DNA of 64,000 bases from Candidatus Bathyarchaeota archaeon. Lineage in GTDB: Archaea > Thermoproteota > Bathyarchaeia > 40CM-2-53-6. A model generated the notes under the pieces. The model worked only from the letters and a program-made list of their open reading frames with translations. It did no database searches and was not told the origin of the DNA. Every line of letters begins with the position of its first letter. The first letter of the stretch is position 1. Location of the stretch: NCBI GenBank assembly GCA_963733055.1, contig CAVTBR010000001.1:96001-160000 (forward strand), in the 5' to 3' direction. Below, one piece after another: positions 26,341 through 36,203 of the stretch. The position numbers and the translations under genes were made by a program.

Positions 26341-28221
26341 TTGCATATTGTCGTCTGCGTCAAACATGTCCCTGATGCAACCGACATCCGTTTCGACCCC
26401 ATCACCCTCAACCTAATCCGCGAAGGTGTTCCTTCGATCGTCAACCCCTTCTGCCTAAACGCCATCGAAGAAGCCGTCAGGATGAAAGAGAAGCTAGGGG
26501 CTACGATTACAGCTGTCGCGATGGGACCTCTTCAAGCACAAGAAGGCCTACGGGAAGCACTAGCGATGGGCGTGGACAAGGCGGTTATGGTTTCTGATAG
26601 AGAGATGGCGGGGGCAGATACGCTAGCCACCTCCTACACACTGTGGAAGAGTATCGAGACGATCGCGCGTGCGAACCCATTCGACCTGATCCTAACCGGA
26701 AAGGTCGCCATCGACGGTGAAACCGGCCAGGTCCCACCAGGCTTAGCCGTCAGGTTCAATATTCCTATCATATCCAACGTAACGAAAATCGAAAAAATTG
26801 ACCCTCAATCCAAAACAGTAGTTGTGAAGCATCGCTTCGATGATGGCATCGAAACGGTCCAAGCGAAACTTCCCGCGGTCCTCACCATCACCGAGGAGGC
26901 GAACAAACCTAGAAGGTTCACGATAGAGGGCATGCTGAAGGCGGAGCGTACAAAAATTGAGGTTTGGAATAAAGACAAAATCCAAGCAGACCCAAACCTG
27001 CTCGGCCTAAAGGGTTCTCCAACAATCGTAAAGAAAGTCTTCCCACCCCCCGGCAGAAAACAGGGAGAGATGTTCGACGGAACAAATGACCCACAAGCGG
27101 CCGCAAGGTGGCTAACTCAGAAACTAATGGGAGTCCATGTCCTAGAAAAGGGCCGGCAAGAATCATCCACGCCCGTGCCCCCGATAGCGAACAACAATGT
27201 CACTACCCAATCGACGGGTAATGGGAAGTTTGGTGAAGTATGGGTTTTCGTAGAACATTTGCACGGTAAGTCAATTCAGGTTCCTTGGGAACTGTTGGGG
27301 GAAGGAAGGCGTCTAGCGAATATTTACGGCACTAAATTGGGCGCTTTGGTGATCGGACATAATGTTGGGCACCTGGCCAAGGAGGCTTTCGTGCACGGTG
27401 CGGACAAGGTGTACTTGGTTGAAGATGAGAGGCTTGAGCACTATCGCACGCAACCCTACGCGGTAGCGATGGAGGATGCGGTTAGGAAGTTCAAGCCCGA
27501 AGCGCTATTGGTGGGCGGCACGGTGAGGGGACGCGACCTTGCGGGATCGGCCGCGACCTTTCTCGAAACCGGTCTTATCGCCGATTGTACTGGATTGGAT
27601 GTTGACATGGAAACTGGGACGTTCATGGGTACAAGGCCGGATTACGGTGGTAATCTCATGTCGACCATAATCTGTCCCAAACAAAGGCCGACTATGGCGA
27701 GCGTTCGTCCCAGGGTTATGAAGAGCCTACCCGTTGACGCGGAACGAGACGGCGAAATAGTGAGGCTGGAACCGAACCTGAAACCCGACGACCTGAATAC
27801 AGAAGTGATTGAATTCGTCCCAATCGAACGGTTCGGCGTCCGCCTCGAAGACGCACAGATCATCGTGTCTGGCGGAAGAGGATTGGGTTCCGCGAAGAAC
27901 TTGGCATTAGTCGAAGAACTCGCGAACATTCTGCATGCTCAAGTTGGGGCGTCTAGAGCTGCCGTACGGGCGGGGTGGATCGGCCCTGATCACCAGGTGG
28001 GTCAGACCGGTTTCACGGTGAGGCCGCGCTTGTACATTGCGGTTGGAATTTCGGGGGCAATTCAACACATCGTCGGAATCATGAACGTCGACTACATTGT
28101 CGCCATAAACCGTGACCCTGAAGCGTCAATCTTCAAAATGGCAAACTTCGGAGTGGTCGGAGACCTATTCAAAATTGTTCCAGCGTTCATTGAAGAATTG
28201 AAGAAAAGCTGGCTTAGCTGA
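26341..28221 (+). CDS. fixAB: Fused electron transfer flavoprotein beta-alpha (FixA-FixB)
   Basis: Beta: VCVKHVPD, GADTLATS, DGETGQV, GSPT. Alpha: GLIADCT, SGGRG, QVGQTG, GISGAIQH. Confidence 0.93.
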   Translation: MHIVVCVKHVPDATDIRFDPITLNLIREGVPSIVNPFCLNAIEEAVRMKEKLGATITAVAMGPLQAQEGLREALAMGVDKAVMVSDREMAGADTLATSYTLWKSIETIARANPFDLILTGKVAIDGETGQVPPGLAVRFNIPIISNVTKIEKIDPQSKTVVVKHRFDDGIETVQAKLPAVLTITEEANKPRRFTIEGMLKAERTKIEVWNKDKIQADPNLLGLKGSPTIVKKVFPPPGRKQGEMFDGTNDPQAAARWLTQKLMGVHVLEKGRQESSTPVPPIANNNVTTQSTGNGKFGEVWVFVEHLHGKSIQVPWELLGEGRRLANIYGTKLGALVIGHNVGHLAKEAFVHGADKVYLVEDERLEHYRTQPYAVAMEDAVRKFKPEALLVGGTVRGRDLAGSAATFLETGLIADCTGLDVDMETGTFMGTRPDYGGNLMSTIICPKQRPTMASVRPRVMKSLPVDAERDGEIVRLEPNLKPDDLNTEVIEFVPIERFGVRLEDAQIIVSGGRGLGSAKNLALVEELANILHAQVGASRAAVRAGWIGPDHQVGQTGFTVRPRLYIAVGISGAIQHIVGIMNVDYIVAINRDPEASIFKMANFGVVGDLFKIVPAFIEELKKSWLS

Positions 28222-28230
28222 GTCGGCGAC

Positions 28231-29511
28231 ATGACAGAGAAGTTCGACTCAATAGTCGTGGGAGCAGGACCCGCCGGGATAGCCGCAGCCTACACGATGG
28301 CGAAGGGTGGGCTGAATGTCCTCGTTCTTGAAAAGGGGGAGAAACCCGGCGCAAAGAACATGTTCGGCGGCGTCATCTTCAGGCACCATACCGAGAAGCT
28401 AGCACCAGAATTTTGGAAAACGGCACCCGTCGAAAGACACGTCGTCGAATACCAATACTGGTTTCTCTCCAAAGACTCCCACCTCCTCGTAAGCCATAGA
28501 AACCAGAAGTTCAACGGCCAATACAACGCATTCACGGTTCATCGAGCAAAATTCGATCCTTGGTTCGCAAAAATCGCAGAAGACGCGGGCGCCGTACTCA
28601 TCAACAGAACCACCGTAGACGACGTCCTGAAAGAGGATGGAAGGGTCGTCGGAGTCAAAACTGAACGCGGAGACGTCATGGCTGATGTTGTAATCGCCGC
28701 GGACGGCGTCAACTCGATGCTCGCGAAACAAGCGGGCATTAGAGAAGAAATACCTGAGAACGCAGTCGTGCTTGCCGTAAAGGAAGTGATTGCACTTCCT
28801 AAACAGAGAATCGAGGAACGCTTCAACCTCGGCCCCGACGAAGGGGTCGCGGCCTTGCTCGTTGGCTGCGGTCCTGGGATGCATGCTGGTTTCATGTACA
28901 CAAACCGAGACACCATCTCCCTCGGAATCGGCATAAGCATGCGCGACCTTGACAAGAGCAAGCAACGGCCAAACGATTTGTTCGAACAATTCAAGAACCA
29001 TCCCTCCATCGCGCCGCTCGTGAAAGACGGAGAACTCAAGGAATACTCAGCCCACCTAATCCCCGAAGGTGGTTACGATTATGTCTCCAAAGTTTGCACC
29101 GACGGAATGTTAGTCGCAGGGGACGCCGCGATGCTGGTAAACGCCATAAACTGGGAAGGCACCAACCTCGCAATGACCTCGGGCATTCTAGCTGGCCAGA
29201 CGGCGATCGAAGCCAAGAAAAGAAACGACTTCTCCACAAAGACCTTGTTCAGGTATCGGCAGCGATTAGAGGACAGCTTTGTCTTGAGGGACCTGAAGAA
29301 ATACCGGGATGTTCCGAACTTCTTCTCTTCGAACCCACACTTCTTCACAACCTACCCAGAGGCAATGAACGAACTCGCTTACACGTGGCACATCGTAGAC
29401 GACGAATTGAAAGCGGATAGGATCAAGAGAATGAAGTCTATGCTCTTCAAGCGAAGATCCAAGCTTGGCCTCCTGAAGGACGCTTACCACTTGTGGAGGC
29501 TTTTCTCATGA
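28231..29511 (+). CDS. fixC: ETF:quinone oxidoreductase FixC
   Basis: VGAGPAG, GAKNMFGG, ADGVNS, EYSAHLIPEGG, AGDAA, EGTNLAMTSG. Confidence 0.93.
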   Translation: MTEKFDSIVVGAGPAGIAAAYTMAKGGLNVLVLEKGEKPGAKNMFGGVIFRHHTEKLAPEFWKTAPVERHVVEYQYWFLSKDSHLLVSHRNQKFNGQYNAFTVHRAKFDPWFAKIAEDAGAVLINRTTVDDVLKEDGRVVGVKTERGDVMADVVIAADGVNSMLAKQAGIREEIPENAVVLAVKEVIALPKQRIEERFNLGPDEGVAALLVGCGPGMHAGFMYTNRDTISLGIGISMRDLDKSKQRPNDLFEQFKNHPSIAPLVKDGELKEYSAHLIPEGGYDYVSKVCTDGMLVAGDAAMLVNAINWEGTNLAMTSGILAGQTAIEAKKRNDFSTKTLFRYRQRLEDSFVLRDLKKYRDVPNFFSSNPHFFTTYPEAMNELAYTWHIVDDELKADRIKRMKSMLFKRRSKLGLLKDAYHLWRLFS

Positions 29512-29795
29512 GCACCCAAAAAACACTGACGATTACGGACAAGCTATACCGGAACAGGTACAAAGTCGACGAAGACTCACACCTGTGGATCAAGGATCCC
29601 AAAATGTGCGTGAAATGCCCCTTCGATTTCGCCTGCATTCGAGTCTGTCCCACGGACGTATACAAGTGGGAGGAGAGTAAAATCACAATTACCTACGACG
29701 CCTGCGTGGAGTGTGGGGCGTGCAGAATCGCGTGCTACGATGTGGGTTGGAAGAACCCTAAGGGCGGGTTTGGGATCTCATACAAGTACGGCTAA
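29508..29795 (+). CDS. fixX: Ferredoxin-like FixX
   Basis: CVKC...CIRVCP...CVECGACRIAC...PKGGFGISYKYG; overlaps fixC stop (ATGA). Confidence 0.93.
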   Translation: MSTQKTLTITDKLYRNRYKVDEDSHLWIKDPKMCVKCPFDFACIRVCPTDVYKWEESKITITYDACVECGACRIACYDVGWKNPKGGFGISYKYG

Positions 29796-29798
29796 GCG

Positions 29799-30890
29799 CT
29801 ACAGTTTCGTAGATTCGTAACTTATCCGCAGGCCTCCGTTTGTATTGCTCCAGTGAAACTCAGGCACGTGCCTTCGGAGTCGTTTGAACCGTTGGCTAAG
29901 GCCGTGAGCGACGATGGGTAGAGCGATGGTTGCGTCCGTGAAACACTGAACCATCCTCGACTGTCGGTTATACTTCCCCCAGCTTTGCGCCTCCTCGAAC
30001 GTGGAACCACTCAACCCGCCCCATTGCGGAACGTCGGTGGTGAATTGTATGGCAAAGTCATGCGTATGGTCATGTCGGGTCTGATAGCTCGCAATTACGG
30101 CGGTTTGTTGTATGAAGTTCTTAGGAACCCCTCCTCCGACCACGATCACAGCCGTGTGGCGGGCTTTCTCAGTTATCCTCGAGCTTTCGTCAACATCGCG
30201 CATGTGATCGACTATGACACGCCGCTTCCTGCGGCGATTGGCGAACATTAGGGAGAATCCGAGACCACTGTCGCAGAATGCAGGTACGAAGACGGGGACA
30301 CCCATTTCGTACGCGGCCACGCATATTCCGTCTCGATCCTTCTTCTTCTCGCTAATCCACTTTCCAAATTCATGCATTATCTCCCTCGAGGAATAAGGCC
30401 TGTTAGATTGGAAGCGGTTAGAGAATTCCTTCTCAATCATGACATCCAAATGATAGAACTTGTTCTCATCTGCGTAGACATCATAAACTCGGTCGATCCG
30501 GTGCCGACGCAGCATCACGTTATCTATGACGTCAGTTCCCAGAAAGTGCTTCCCGCCGATGGTCTCGTAGGCGTCATGGTAGAGCGTTGCGCCTGTAGTG
30601 ACAAGTACGTCGACCATTCGCCGCCTAACCAGATAGGTGATTAATTCTCGCATGCCGGCCGGAACCATCGCCCCCGCCAAACCCATCCAGATTACAATCT
30701 CACGTTTCTTCAGCATCGCCGTCCATACATCGGCCGCCTCGCCGAGCTTCCTGCCCTGAAAGCCAGTGAGCGCCATTTCACTAAGCAATTGGCTAATGGT
30801 CTTATCAGGCTCAACCTCAACAGGACGCGTCGGACGCCGTAGTACCTGCTCTCTTGTCTGCAAAGTCCCCACCAAATAGTATGTTTTCAC
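29799..30890 (-). CDS. dys: Deoxyhypusine synthase family protein
   Basis: GFQGRKL, VTTGA, GGGVPKNF, GGLSGSTFEEAQSWGK with the catalytic Lys. Confidence 0.9.
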   Translation of the reverse strand: MKTYYLVGTLQTREQVLRRPTRPVEVEPDKTISQLLSEMALTGFQGRKLGEAADVWTAMLKKREIVIWMGLAGAMVPAGMRELITYLVRRRMVDVLVTTGATLYHDAYETIGGKHFLGTDVIDNVMLRRHRIDRVYDVYADENKFYHLDVMIEKEFSNRFQSNRPYSSREIMHEFGKWISEKKKDRDGICVAAYEMGVPVFVPAFCDSGLGFSLMFANRRRKRRVIVDHMRDVDESSRITEKARHTAVIVVGGGVPKNFIQQTAVIASYQTRHDHTHDFAIQFTTDVPQWGGLSGSTFEEAQSWGKYNRQSRMVQCFTDATIALPIVAHGLSQRFKRLRRHVPEFHWSNTNGGLRISYESTKL

Positions 30891-30940
30891 GTCAAATAAA
30901 ACATGCGAAAGTTGGATTTTTCAAAGAATATTGGTGGCGA

Positions 30941-31141
30941 CTAGGATTTTCCGAGAATTTGGTCAATCAAATCGCCTTCGGATTTGGCGGTTTTGTAATT
31001 CTTCCAGTGTTTCTCAAATCGATTAATTACCGCCAATACATCACTTAGCGGAACCCAGTTCGAAGTTATTGGATACATTTTCTCGGCCGCAGGAGCTTTT
31101 CCGAGATTCTCAATCTCTTTCTTCATCTGTCCAACGTTCAC
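30941..31141 (-). CDS. Small hypothetical protein
   Basis: 66-aa ORF filling the gap between tgtA and dys, with an AGGT SD-like sequence upstream. Confidence 0.6.
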   Translation of the reverse strand: MNVGQMKKEIENLGKAPAAEKMYPITSNWVPLSDVLAVINRFEKHWKNYKTAKSEGDLIDQILGKS

Positions 31142-31208
31142 TACCTAAACGCCCCAACCAAACAGCCTCCTGATCGCGATTTAGGCTCTTCTAAACGATT
31201 CTCTGGCA

Positions 31209-32795
31209 TTATTTCAGGGCCTTCAAAACTATCCCGGAGGCCTTAGCGTCAAGAGAATCCACCTTTACTATCTGCACTCTGACTTTTCCTCTAAATTTCC
31301 TCTTGATCGATTCAGCTATTCGTTCTTGCCATGTTACATGCACGACCATGACGCAACGGGAGTATCGGAACCTCTTGAGGTAGTTCTCCATACGTACGCG
31401 TGTGAGCTTAATCGCCGCGGGTGAAGCTGTGAGGGCGGTCTCTGTTTGCGATAGGGGGTATACGTCGAGCAATTCCTGCGGAACGATAGCGTATGTGAGG
31501 CCATAGGAGCAGAGGTGAACGTCCCTTCGTCGTTCCAGTCTTTCAATCGGGCCTCCATCTCCTAAAATTTCGCGGAACGGCCTAAGATGTTCTTCAGGTA
31601 GGAGGAGGAGCTTCTTCACTCTGTGCGGAGGTTGATATCTCTCCAACAACCGCTGTTGGTGCCGGATGACCTCGGGTCGGGAGAGCGATTCTTCCGACAA
31701 AATAAACGGACCTTTCCTCTTTCGAATAGGGGTCTCAAGTTCGAATTTGTCGGAATATGCAAGCATACGCTGGAACGCTGCCCGGAGAGTTGGGTGGTTT
31801 CGCGATCTGGTCTCGATGAGTTCCCACAACCTTCCATCTAAAATAGCCTGTTTGATTGTTTGAAGTTCCGCGTGGCAGGCGTAGAGGTTGTGGGCGGCTA
31901 GGAAGCGTTCACGTTCCATGAGCAATAATCTTCTTACCTTCTCGGGCGTCTTCTTATCGCACGCCGGGCAGCTGCAAGGGAAATACTCTAGCTCGTCAAT
32001 CTTCGCGGTGCCTTGCGAAGTCATGTACCGGCCGTTTCTCGCGAACAACGCGTACGAAGCCGAATCGAATATGTCGCAACCAAGCGCTACGGCGAAAGCG
32101 AACATCATCGGATGTCCGGCCCCAAAGAGGTGAAGAGGCTTGTCTGGAGGGAGCTGCAATTTTGCCGCCATTATCATATCTACGAGGATATCGAAGCGAT
32201 ACTGTTGCATGACCGGCGTAGGGCTCCCGAGGGCGTAGATTGAGAAATTCCGTTTCGCCATTTCTCGGGCAGAGTAGGACACTAGGTCCGGGAAGGCACC
32301 TCCTTGGACCGGCCCGACCCAGAGAATATCCTCTCTGCTCACCAGCTTCAACGACTGGTCGGCTCTTCGAAGGGTTTCGTCGACAGTCCATTTTGCTCGT
32401 TCTTTCGATGCCTCCTCTCCTGTGGGTACATCCAGGATTACTGCAATGTCGCTTCCCAGTCGTTCTTGGAATCGAATAATCTCACTCGGTTGAACCTCCA
32501 CATCCCCGTACTGGAGAATCTGGTAGGCTCCCGAATCTGTTTCAATCACACCATTGAACCCTATCAGATCATGTATCTTCGGGACTTCCTTGTCTTCGCG
32601 ATGCTTCCGCCATACCAAGTATGAGTTTGTGATAATCGCATCGAAGGAAAATGTATCCCGCAGTTGCTGAGGAGGGACCGTCTGTGAGTTTGGGTTAACG
32701 ACAGGTAACAGTAGAGGAGTTTCTACAGAGCCGCTCTTGGTTCTGAGGTAACCTACCCTTCCAAGAAGGTCTTTGTGGCGAATCTCAAAGGACAA
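31209..32795 (-). CDS. tgtA: Archaeosine tRNA-guanine(15) transglycosylase
   Basis: ETPLLLPVVNP, TDSGAYQILQYG, GPVQGG, HLFGAGHP, DIFDSASY, CSCPAC, HNL. Confidence 0.95.
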   Translation of the reverse strand: MSFEIRHKDLLGRVGYLRTKSGSVETPLLLPVVNPNSQTVPPQQLRDTFSFDAIITNSYLVWRKHREDKEVPKIHDLIGFNGVIETDSGAYQILQYGDVEVQPSEIIRFQERLGSDIAVILDVPTGEEASKERAKWTVDETLRRADQSLKLVSREDILWVGPVQGGAFPDLVSYSAREMAKRNFSIYALGSPTPVMQQYRFDILVDMIMAAKLQLPPDKPLHLFGAGHPMMFAFAVALGCDIFDSASYALFARNGRYMTSQGTAKIDELEYFPCSCPACDKKTPEKVRRLLLMERERFLAAHNLYACHAELQTIKQAILDGRLWELIETRSRNHPTLRAAFQRMLAYSDKFELETPIRKRKGPFILSEESLSRPEVIRHQQRLLERYQPPHRVKKLLLLPEEHLRPFREILGDGGPIERLERRRDVHLCSYGLTYAIVPQELLDVYPLSQTETALTASPAAIKLTRVRMENYLKRFRYSRCVMVVHVTWQERIAESIKRKFRGKVRVQIVKVDSLDAKASGIVLKALK

Positions 32796-32847
32796 TTGAC
32801 AGTCAAGCTTCGACCGAACACACTCAGAAACACGATTCTAGTTTTCT

Positions 32848-33291
32848 TCAGGGTTGTGCAGCTGCGCGAGTGAATTCATCGTAAACTTTCTGAACTCTTT
32901 CCGCCGCGGGTCCCGTTCCTTCGAGAATTCCCTTTTCCGAAACCCGTATTCGGTCCATCACGACGATTACGCCCGCACCTTCACTTACCTTCACCATGCG
33001 TGGAAAGACTCGTTCAAGCCTATCCGCTAAGGCTTGGAGGTTGAAGGGTTTCTCGGAGCTTGATATTTGTGCAACTTTGTTGCCGCTTAAGAAGAGTTTG
33101 TGAACAAGATGCCCGGACTCGTCCTTAACATCTGATAAGCAGACGCTCAGGGAGTGAGAGTCTAAGCCGGATAGGACTCCTGTGTAATTCTTTCCGTCGG
33201 TGGTCGAGATTGTGACCACTTTCTGCAAGAGTCCGCTGAGCTCTTCTAAGAATCTACGATCTGGTAATGAGGACATGGAATTTCGTCCCAC
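32848..33291 (-). CDS. Lsm/Sm-like RNA-binding protein with C-terminal extension (SmAP3-like)
   Basis: Sm fold (DGKNYTGVLSGLD...LSD) plus GVIVVMDRIRVSEKG domain. Confidence 0.85.
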   Translation of the reverse strand: MGRNSMSSLPDRRFLEELSGLLQKVVTISTTDGKNYTGVLSGLDSHSLSVCLSDVKDESGHLVHKLFLSGNKVAQISSSEKPFNLQALADRLERVFPRMVKVSEGAGVIVVMDRIRVSEKGILEGTGPAAERVQKVYDEFTRAAAQP

Positions 33292-33551
33292 CCATGGTTG
33301 CTGAGGTTAGTAACATTATCGGCTGTTCTACGGCTTGCAGGTTTCTTCTGTTGGTCTTGTGTTTTTGCTTCCTGCAGCACACGCCTCGCCTCTTTCGGAT
33401 CTTCAGATCGAGCGATAACCCTTGCCTCCGCCGCTTTCACACGTTTACCACAGTAAGGGCACGTACGAGTTTCCTTGTCCGACGCACCTAGAAGGTAGCG
33501 ACCGCAATTCGTGCAAGCCAACACCAGATAATGCTTCTTGGGCTTCTGCAA
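33246..33551 (-). CDS. DUF1922-like zinc-ribbon protein
   Basis: CTNCGRY...TRTCPYCGK. Confidence 0.75.
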   Translation of the reverse strand: MQKPKKHYLVLACTNCGRYLLGASDKETRTCPYCGKRVKAAEARVIARSEDPKEARRVLQEAKTQDQQKKPASRRTADNVTNLSNHGWDEIPCPHYQIVDS

Positions 33552-33558
33552 TCGTCGA

Positions 33559-34155
33559 TTACTCCAGATATTTTTCCAAACCGTGTTCTCGCTTTAGGGT
33601 GGCGATCCAATTGATCGTAACGCTCTCGCTAGTCTGCTGCAGCACAATCTTCCTCGCTAATGCCACACATTTCTCGAGCCTTCGACTCGAAGTATCGAGC
33701 TGAAACACCTTTTTCGCTCCATAGTAGCTGATTGCGATCATGAAGCACGCATCAAGCATCTCGGCCAAGACGTTCTCACGCACCTTGTTCGCGCTCCAGC
33801 CTTTCCTTCGCAGCCTAGATTCGAGAATATTGGGGTGGCATCGTAGAACGATGACTCGTCGAGTGCGTTCCCTCGGAATACTATCCGCAACGTGCGTATC
33901 GACAATAATCATTTCGCCTCTCGAGGTTAGGTTCCTTAGGCTCTTCCTTGTTCTCTCTATGTCTACAATCTTCGAACTTCTTTCCCGATCAATTCCGCTG
34001 TACAGACTTTTTGCGGTAACGAAACGGGTTAGTGATAGGTAGTCAGCGTGAATGGCTTTGGCGATGGCTTTCGCGATTGTCGTTTTGCCTGTTCCAGGAG
34101 TTCCTGTAATGACAATCATATTGCGCCGCGAAGGCTGTCTGGAGATTGGTTTCAT
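33559..34155 (-). CDS. Adenylate kinase, AK6/Fap7 family
   Basis: ITGTPGTGKTT, VDTH, VLRCHP...RL..KGW...KVRENV.AE. Confidence 0.92.
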   Translation of the reverse strand: MKPISRQPSRRNMIVITGTPGTGKTTIAKAIAKAIHADYLSLTRFVTAKSLYSGIDRERSSKIVDIERTRKSLRNLTSRGEMIIVDTHVADSIPRERTRRVIVLRCHPNILESRLRRKGWSANKVRENVLAEMLDACFMIAISYYGAKKVFQLDTSSRRLEKCVALARKIVLQQTSESVTINWIATLKREHGLEKYLE

Positions 34156-34382
34156 TTCTTGGGGTTACCTCTCGTTTGCGTCATGTATTCCTGTATACCC
34201 TCTCTCACGATCTTGTAAAGTTCCGAATAGGCTACGGTTTGCGCATCCTTCTGTTCCTTCTTTGCAACGTATTTTCTGATGAACTCTTGAAAGCTCGGAT
34301 CCTCGGGGTTGATGTTGGCAGAGTAGTGTTCAAACATTCTGACTATGCGTGCGGTCACATGATCGAGGTAGGGTTCGGGCAA
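34152..34382 (-). CDS. Small hypothetical protein
   Basis: 76-aa ORF with SD GAGGCG; its stop overlaps the AK6 start. Confidence 0.6.
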   Translation of the reverse strand: MPEPYLDHVTARIVRMFEHYSANINPEDPSFQEFIRKYVAKKEQKDAQTVAYSELYKIVREGIQEYMTQTRGNPKK

Positions 34383-34408
34383 TGAGATGCGCCTCTTGGA
34401 GGATTGTG

Positions 34409-35248
34409 TTAGCTGAAGGTTTCACTAAGTTCGTCCTGATCTTCTTTGCTTAGTGTCCACCCCACAGCCGCAGCATTCTCCTTGACATGTTGTAAGTTCC
34501 CCGCCTTGGGTATTGCTATAATCTGCTCTTTGACGATCAACCAGTTCAGTGCAACTTGTGTTCTGGTCTTGTTATACTTCTCAGCGATTTTGTCGAGGGC
34601 CCGCCACCGCTTGTCACGTCCGCCCGAAGCAATGTTCCCATGCCCAACGGGGCTGTAAGCAATTACGGTAACGTGCTCTTTTGCGCAGTAAGGGAGCACG
34701 TCTTCTTCAATTGACCTCTCCACGAGGCTATACTCGACTTGATTGGAAACTAAACGTATCTTCGACAAAGCCTGTTGAGCGTCACGAGTTTGTTTTGCAG
34801 AGAAGTTGCTGACGCCCACATTCCGAACTTTCCCTTCTGCCACCAAGTTCTCCATAGCCCTCATCGTGTCTCGTATGGGGACTCGGGGGTTCGGCCAATG
34901 GACTTGGTAGAGATCAACGTAATTCGTTTTCAACCGCCTTAGACTTGACTCGCATGCGTGCAACACTCCGTCGTAGGATAGGTTCTCAGCTGAAACTTTG
35001 GTTGCGATGAAAACACTCTCACGCTCATCGCCTACCGCCCTTGCAACTATCTCCTCCGAATGCCCGCTCGCATACACCTCGGCCGTGTCGATGAAGCTCA
35101 TACCCAACTTCAAGCCCAGGCGAAGAGCTTCCACATCGCCCTCGTCTCCGCCGCCAAGGCGTCTGCTACTAAATCCACCCATTCCCCAAGTACCCAAACC
35201 TAGTACGGGGACCTCCACCTTGCTGTTTCCAAGCTTCTTGAAGTCCAT
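34409..35248 (-). CDS. Aldo/keto reductase
   Basis: LGLGTWGMGG, IDTAEVY, ATKV, DLYQVHWP, GVSNF, AIPKA. Confidence 0.95.
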   Translation of the reverse strand: MDFKKLGNSKVEVPVLGLGTWGMGGFSSRRLGGGDEGDVEALRLGLKLGMSFIDTAEVYASGHSEEIVARAVGDERESVFIATKVSAENLSYDGVLHACESSLRRLKTNYVDLYQVHWPNPRVPIRDTMRAMENLVAEGKVRNVGVSNFSAKQTRDAQQALSKIRLVSNQVEYSLVERSIEEDVLPYCAKEHVTVIAYSPVGHGNIASGGRDKRWRALDKIAEKYNKTRTQVALNWLIVKEQIIAIPKAGNLQHVKENAAAVGWTLSKEDQDELSETFS

Positions 35249-35253
35249 ACGCT

Positions 35254-36174
35254 TCAGCTTCGCGTCCTACCTATTCGTTCGAGTATCCATTCAGCGCGCC
35301 TTTCTATTTGCTTTGACGACCCGAAATTTGCAGGGCCAAATCGTTCAACAACAAAGGACGCCACAGCAGAGCCCACCGAACTTGACCATAACAAATCGCC
35401 TGTTCTGATCCAAGTAACCAGGAACCCTCCCACGAAAGCGTCGCCGGCGCCTGTTGGATCCCGGATTCGAGTCGCATAAGCCGGGATTCTGAACGCCCCT
35501 TCATCTCTAGACCAGACCGCTGTTCCCTTTTCCCCTTGTGTAACAAGGATCATGCGTGGACCGAGCTTCGCAAGGTGTCGAGTCGCGACCTTCTGCACTC
35601 CCATGGCGCGAAGTTCCGGTTCTGAGACCTTCAGCACTTCCAAACGCTTCAGGAGGGCGGCATTGTTCCATCTCTTCCGACTTACGCGTCCCGAACCGTC
35701 CAACTTGCGCGTATAACCTTGAGCCTCCAGGCTCAGGACAGAGTCTCGGTCCGCTAGCTCCAAGGCGAGTTTCTCTGGAAAGTCGTCCAAGACAAGACCA
35801 ATGTGGATCGCTGACGCCTCAGGAAGGGATCGTAGGTCGTTGGCCGCGAGTGGTTCGCATCTTTGAGTAACTTTCATTGTCCTTCCAGCATCGCGATAGT
35901 CGATTCTGAAGCAGGTCGTTGGAAAGGAGGATGTACGAATTCTGTTGACCGCTATGCCGCGTTTGGCGATCCAAGCAAACTCGTTTCGTGTGAAATCTTC
36001 GCCCACCCGGCTGACCACGAGAACTGAGGCGTCAAGAGCGCGTGCGGCGAGGCTTGAGTAGATGCATGGACCACCGAGGCTCGGGCCTCGAACTCTCCCT
36101 CGGCGGGAGATATAATCTCGAACTATGTGACCAACTACTGCTAGGTCATATTTCACGGTTGAAAACCTGCTCAA
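35254..36174 (-). CDS. PfkB family carbohydrate/nucleoside kinase
   Basis: GG near N-terminus, VTQGEKG, DPTGAGDAFVGG. Confidence 0.92.
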   Translation of the reverse strand: MSRFSTVKYDLAVVGHIVRDYISRRGRVRGPSLGGPCIYSSLAARALDASVLVVSRVGEDFTRNEFAWIAKRGIAVNRIRTSSFPTTCFRIDYRDAGRTMKVTQRCEPLAANDLRSLPEASAIHIGLVLDDFPEKLALELADRDSVLSLEAQGYTRKLDGSGRVSRKRWNNAALLKRLEVLKVSEPELRAMGVQKVATRHLAKLGPRMILVTQGEKGTAVWSRDEGAFRIPAYATRIRDPTGAGDAFVGGFLVTWIRTGDLLWSSSVGSAVASFVVERFGPANFGSSKQIERRAEWILERIGRTRS

Positions 36175-36203
36175 TTGGCTTGATGGTAGAGGCTGCTATC
36201 GTG

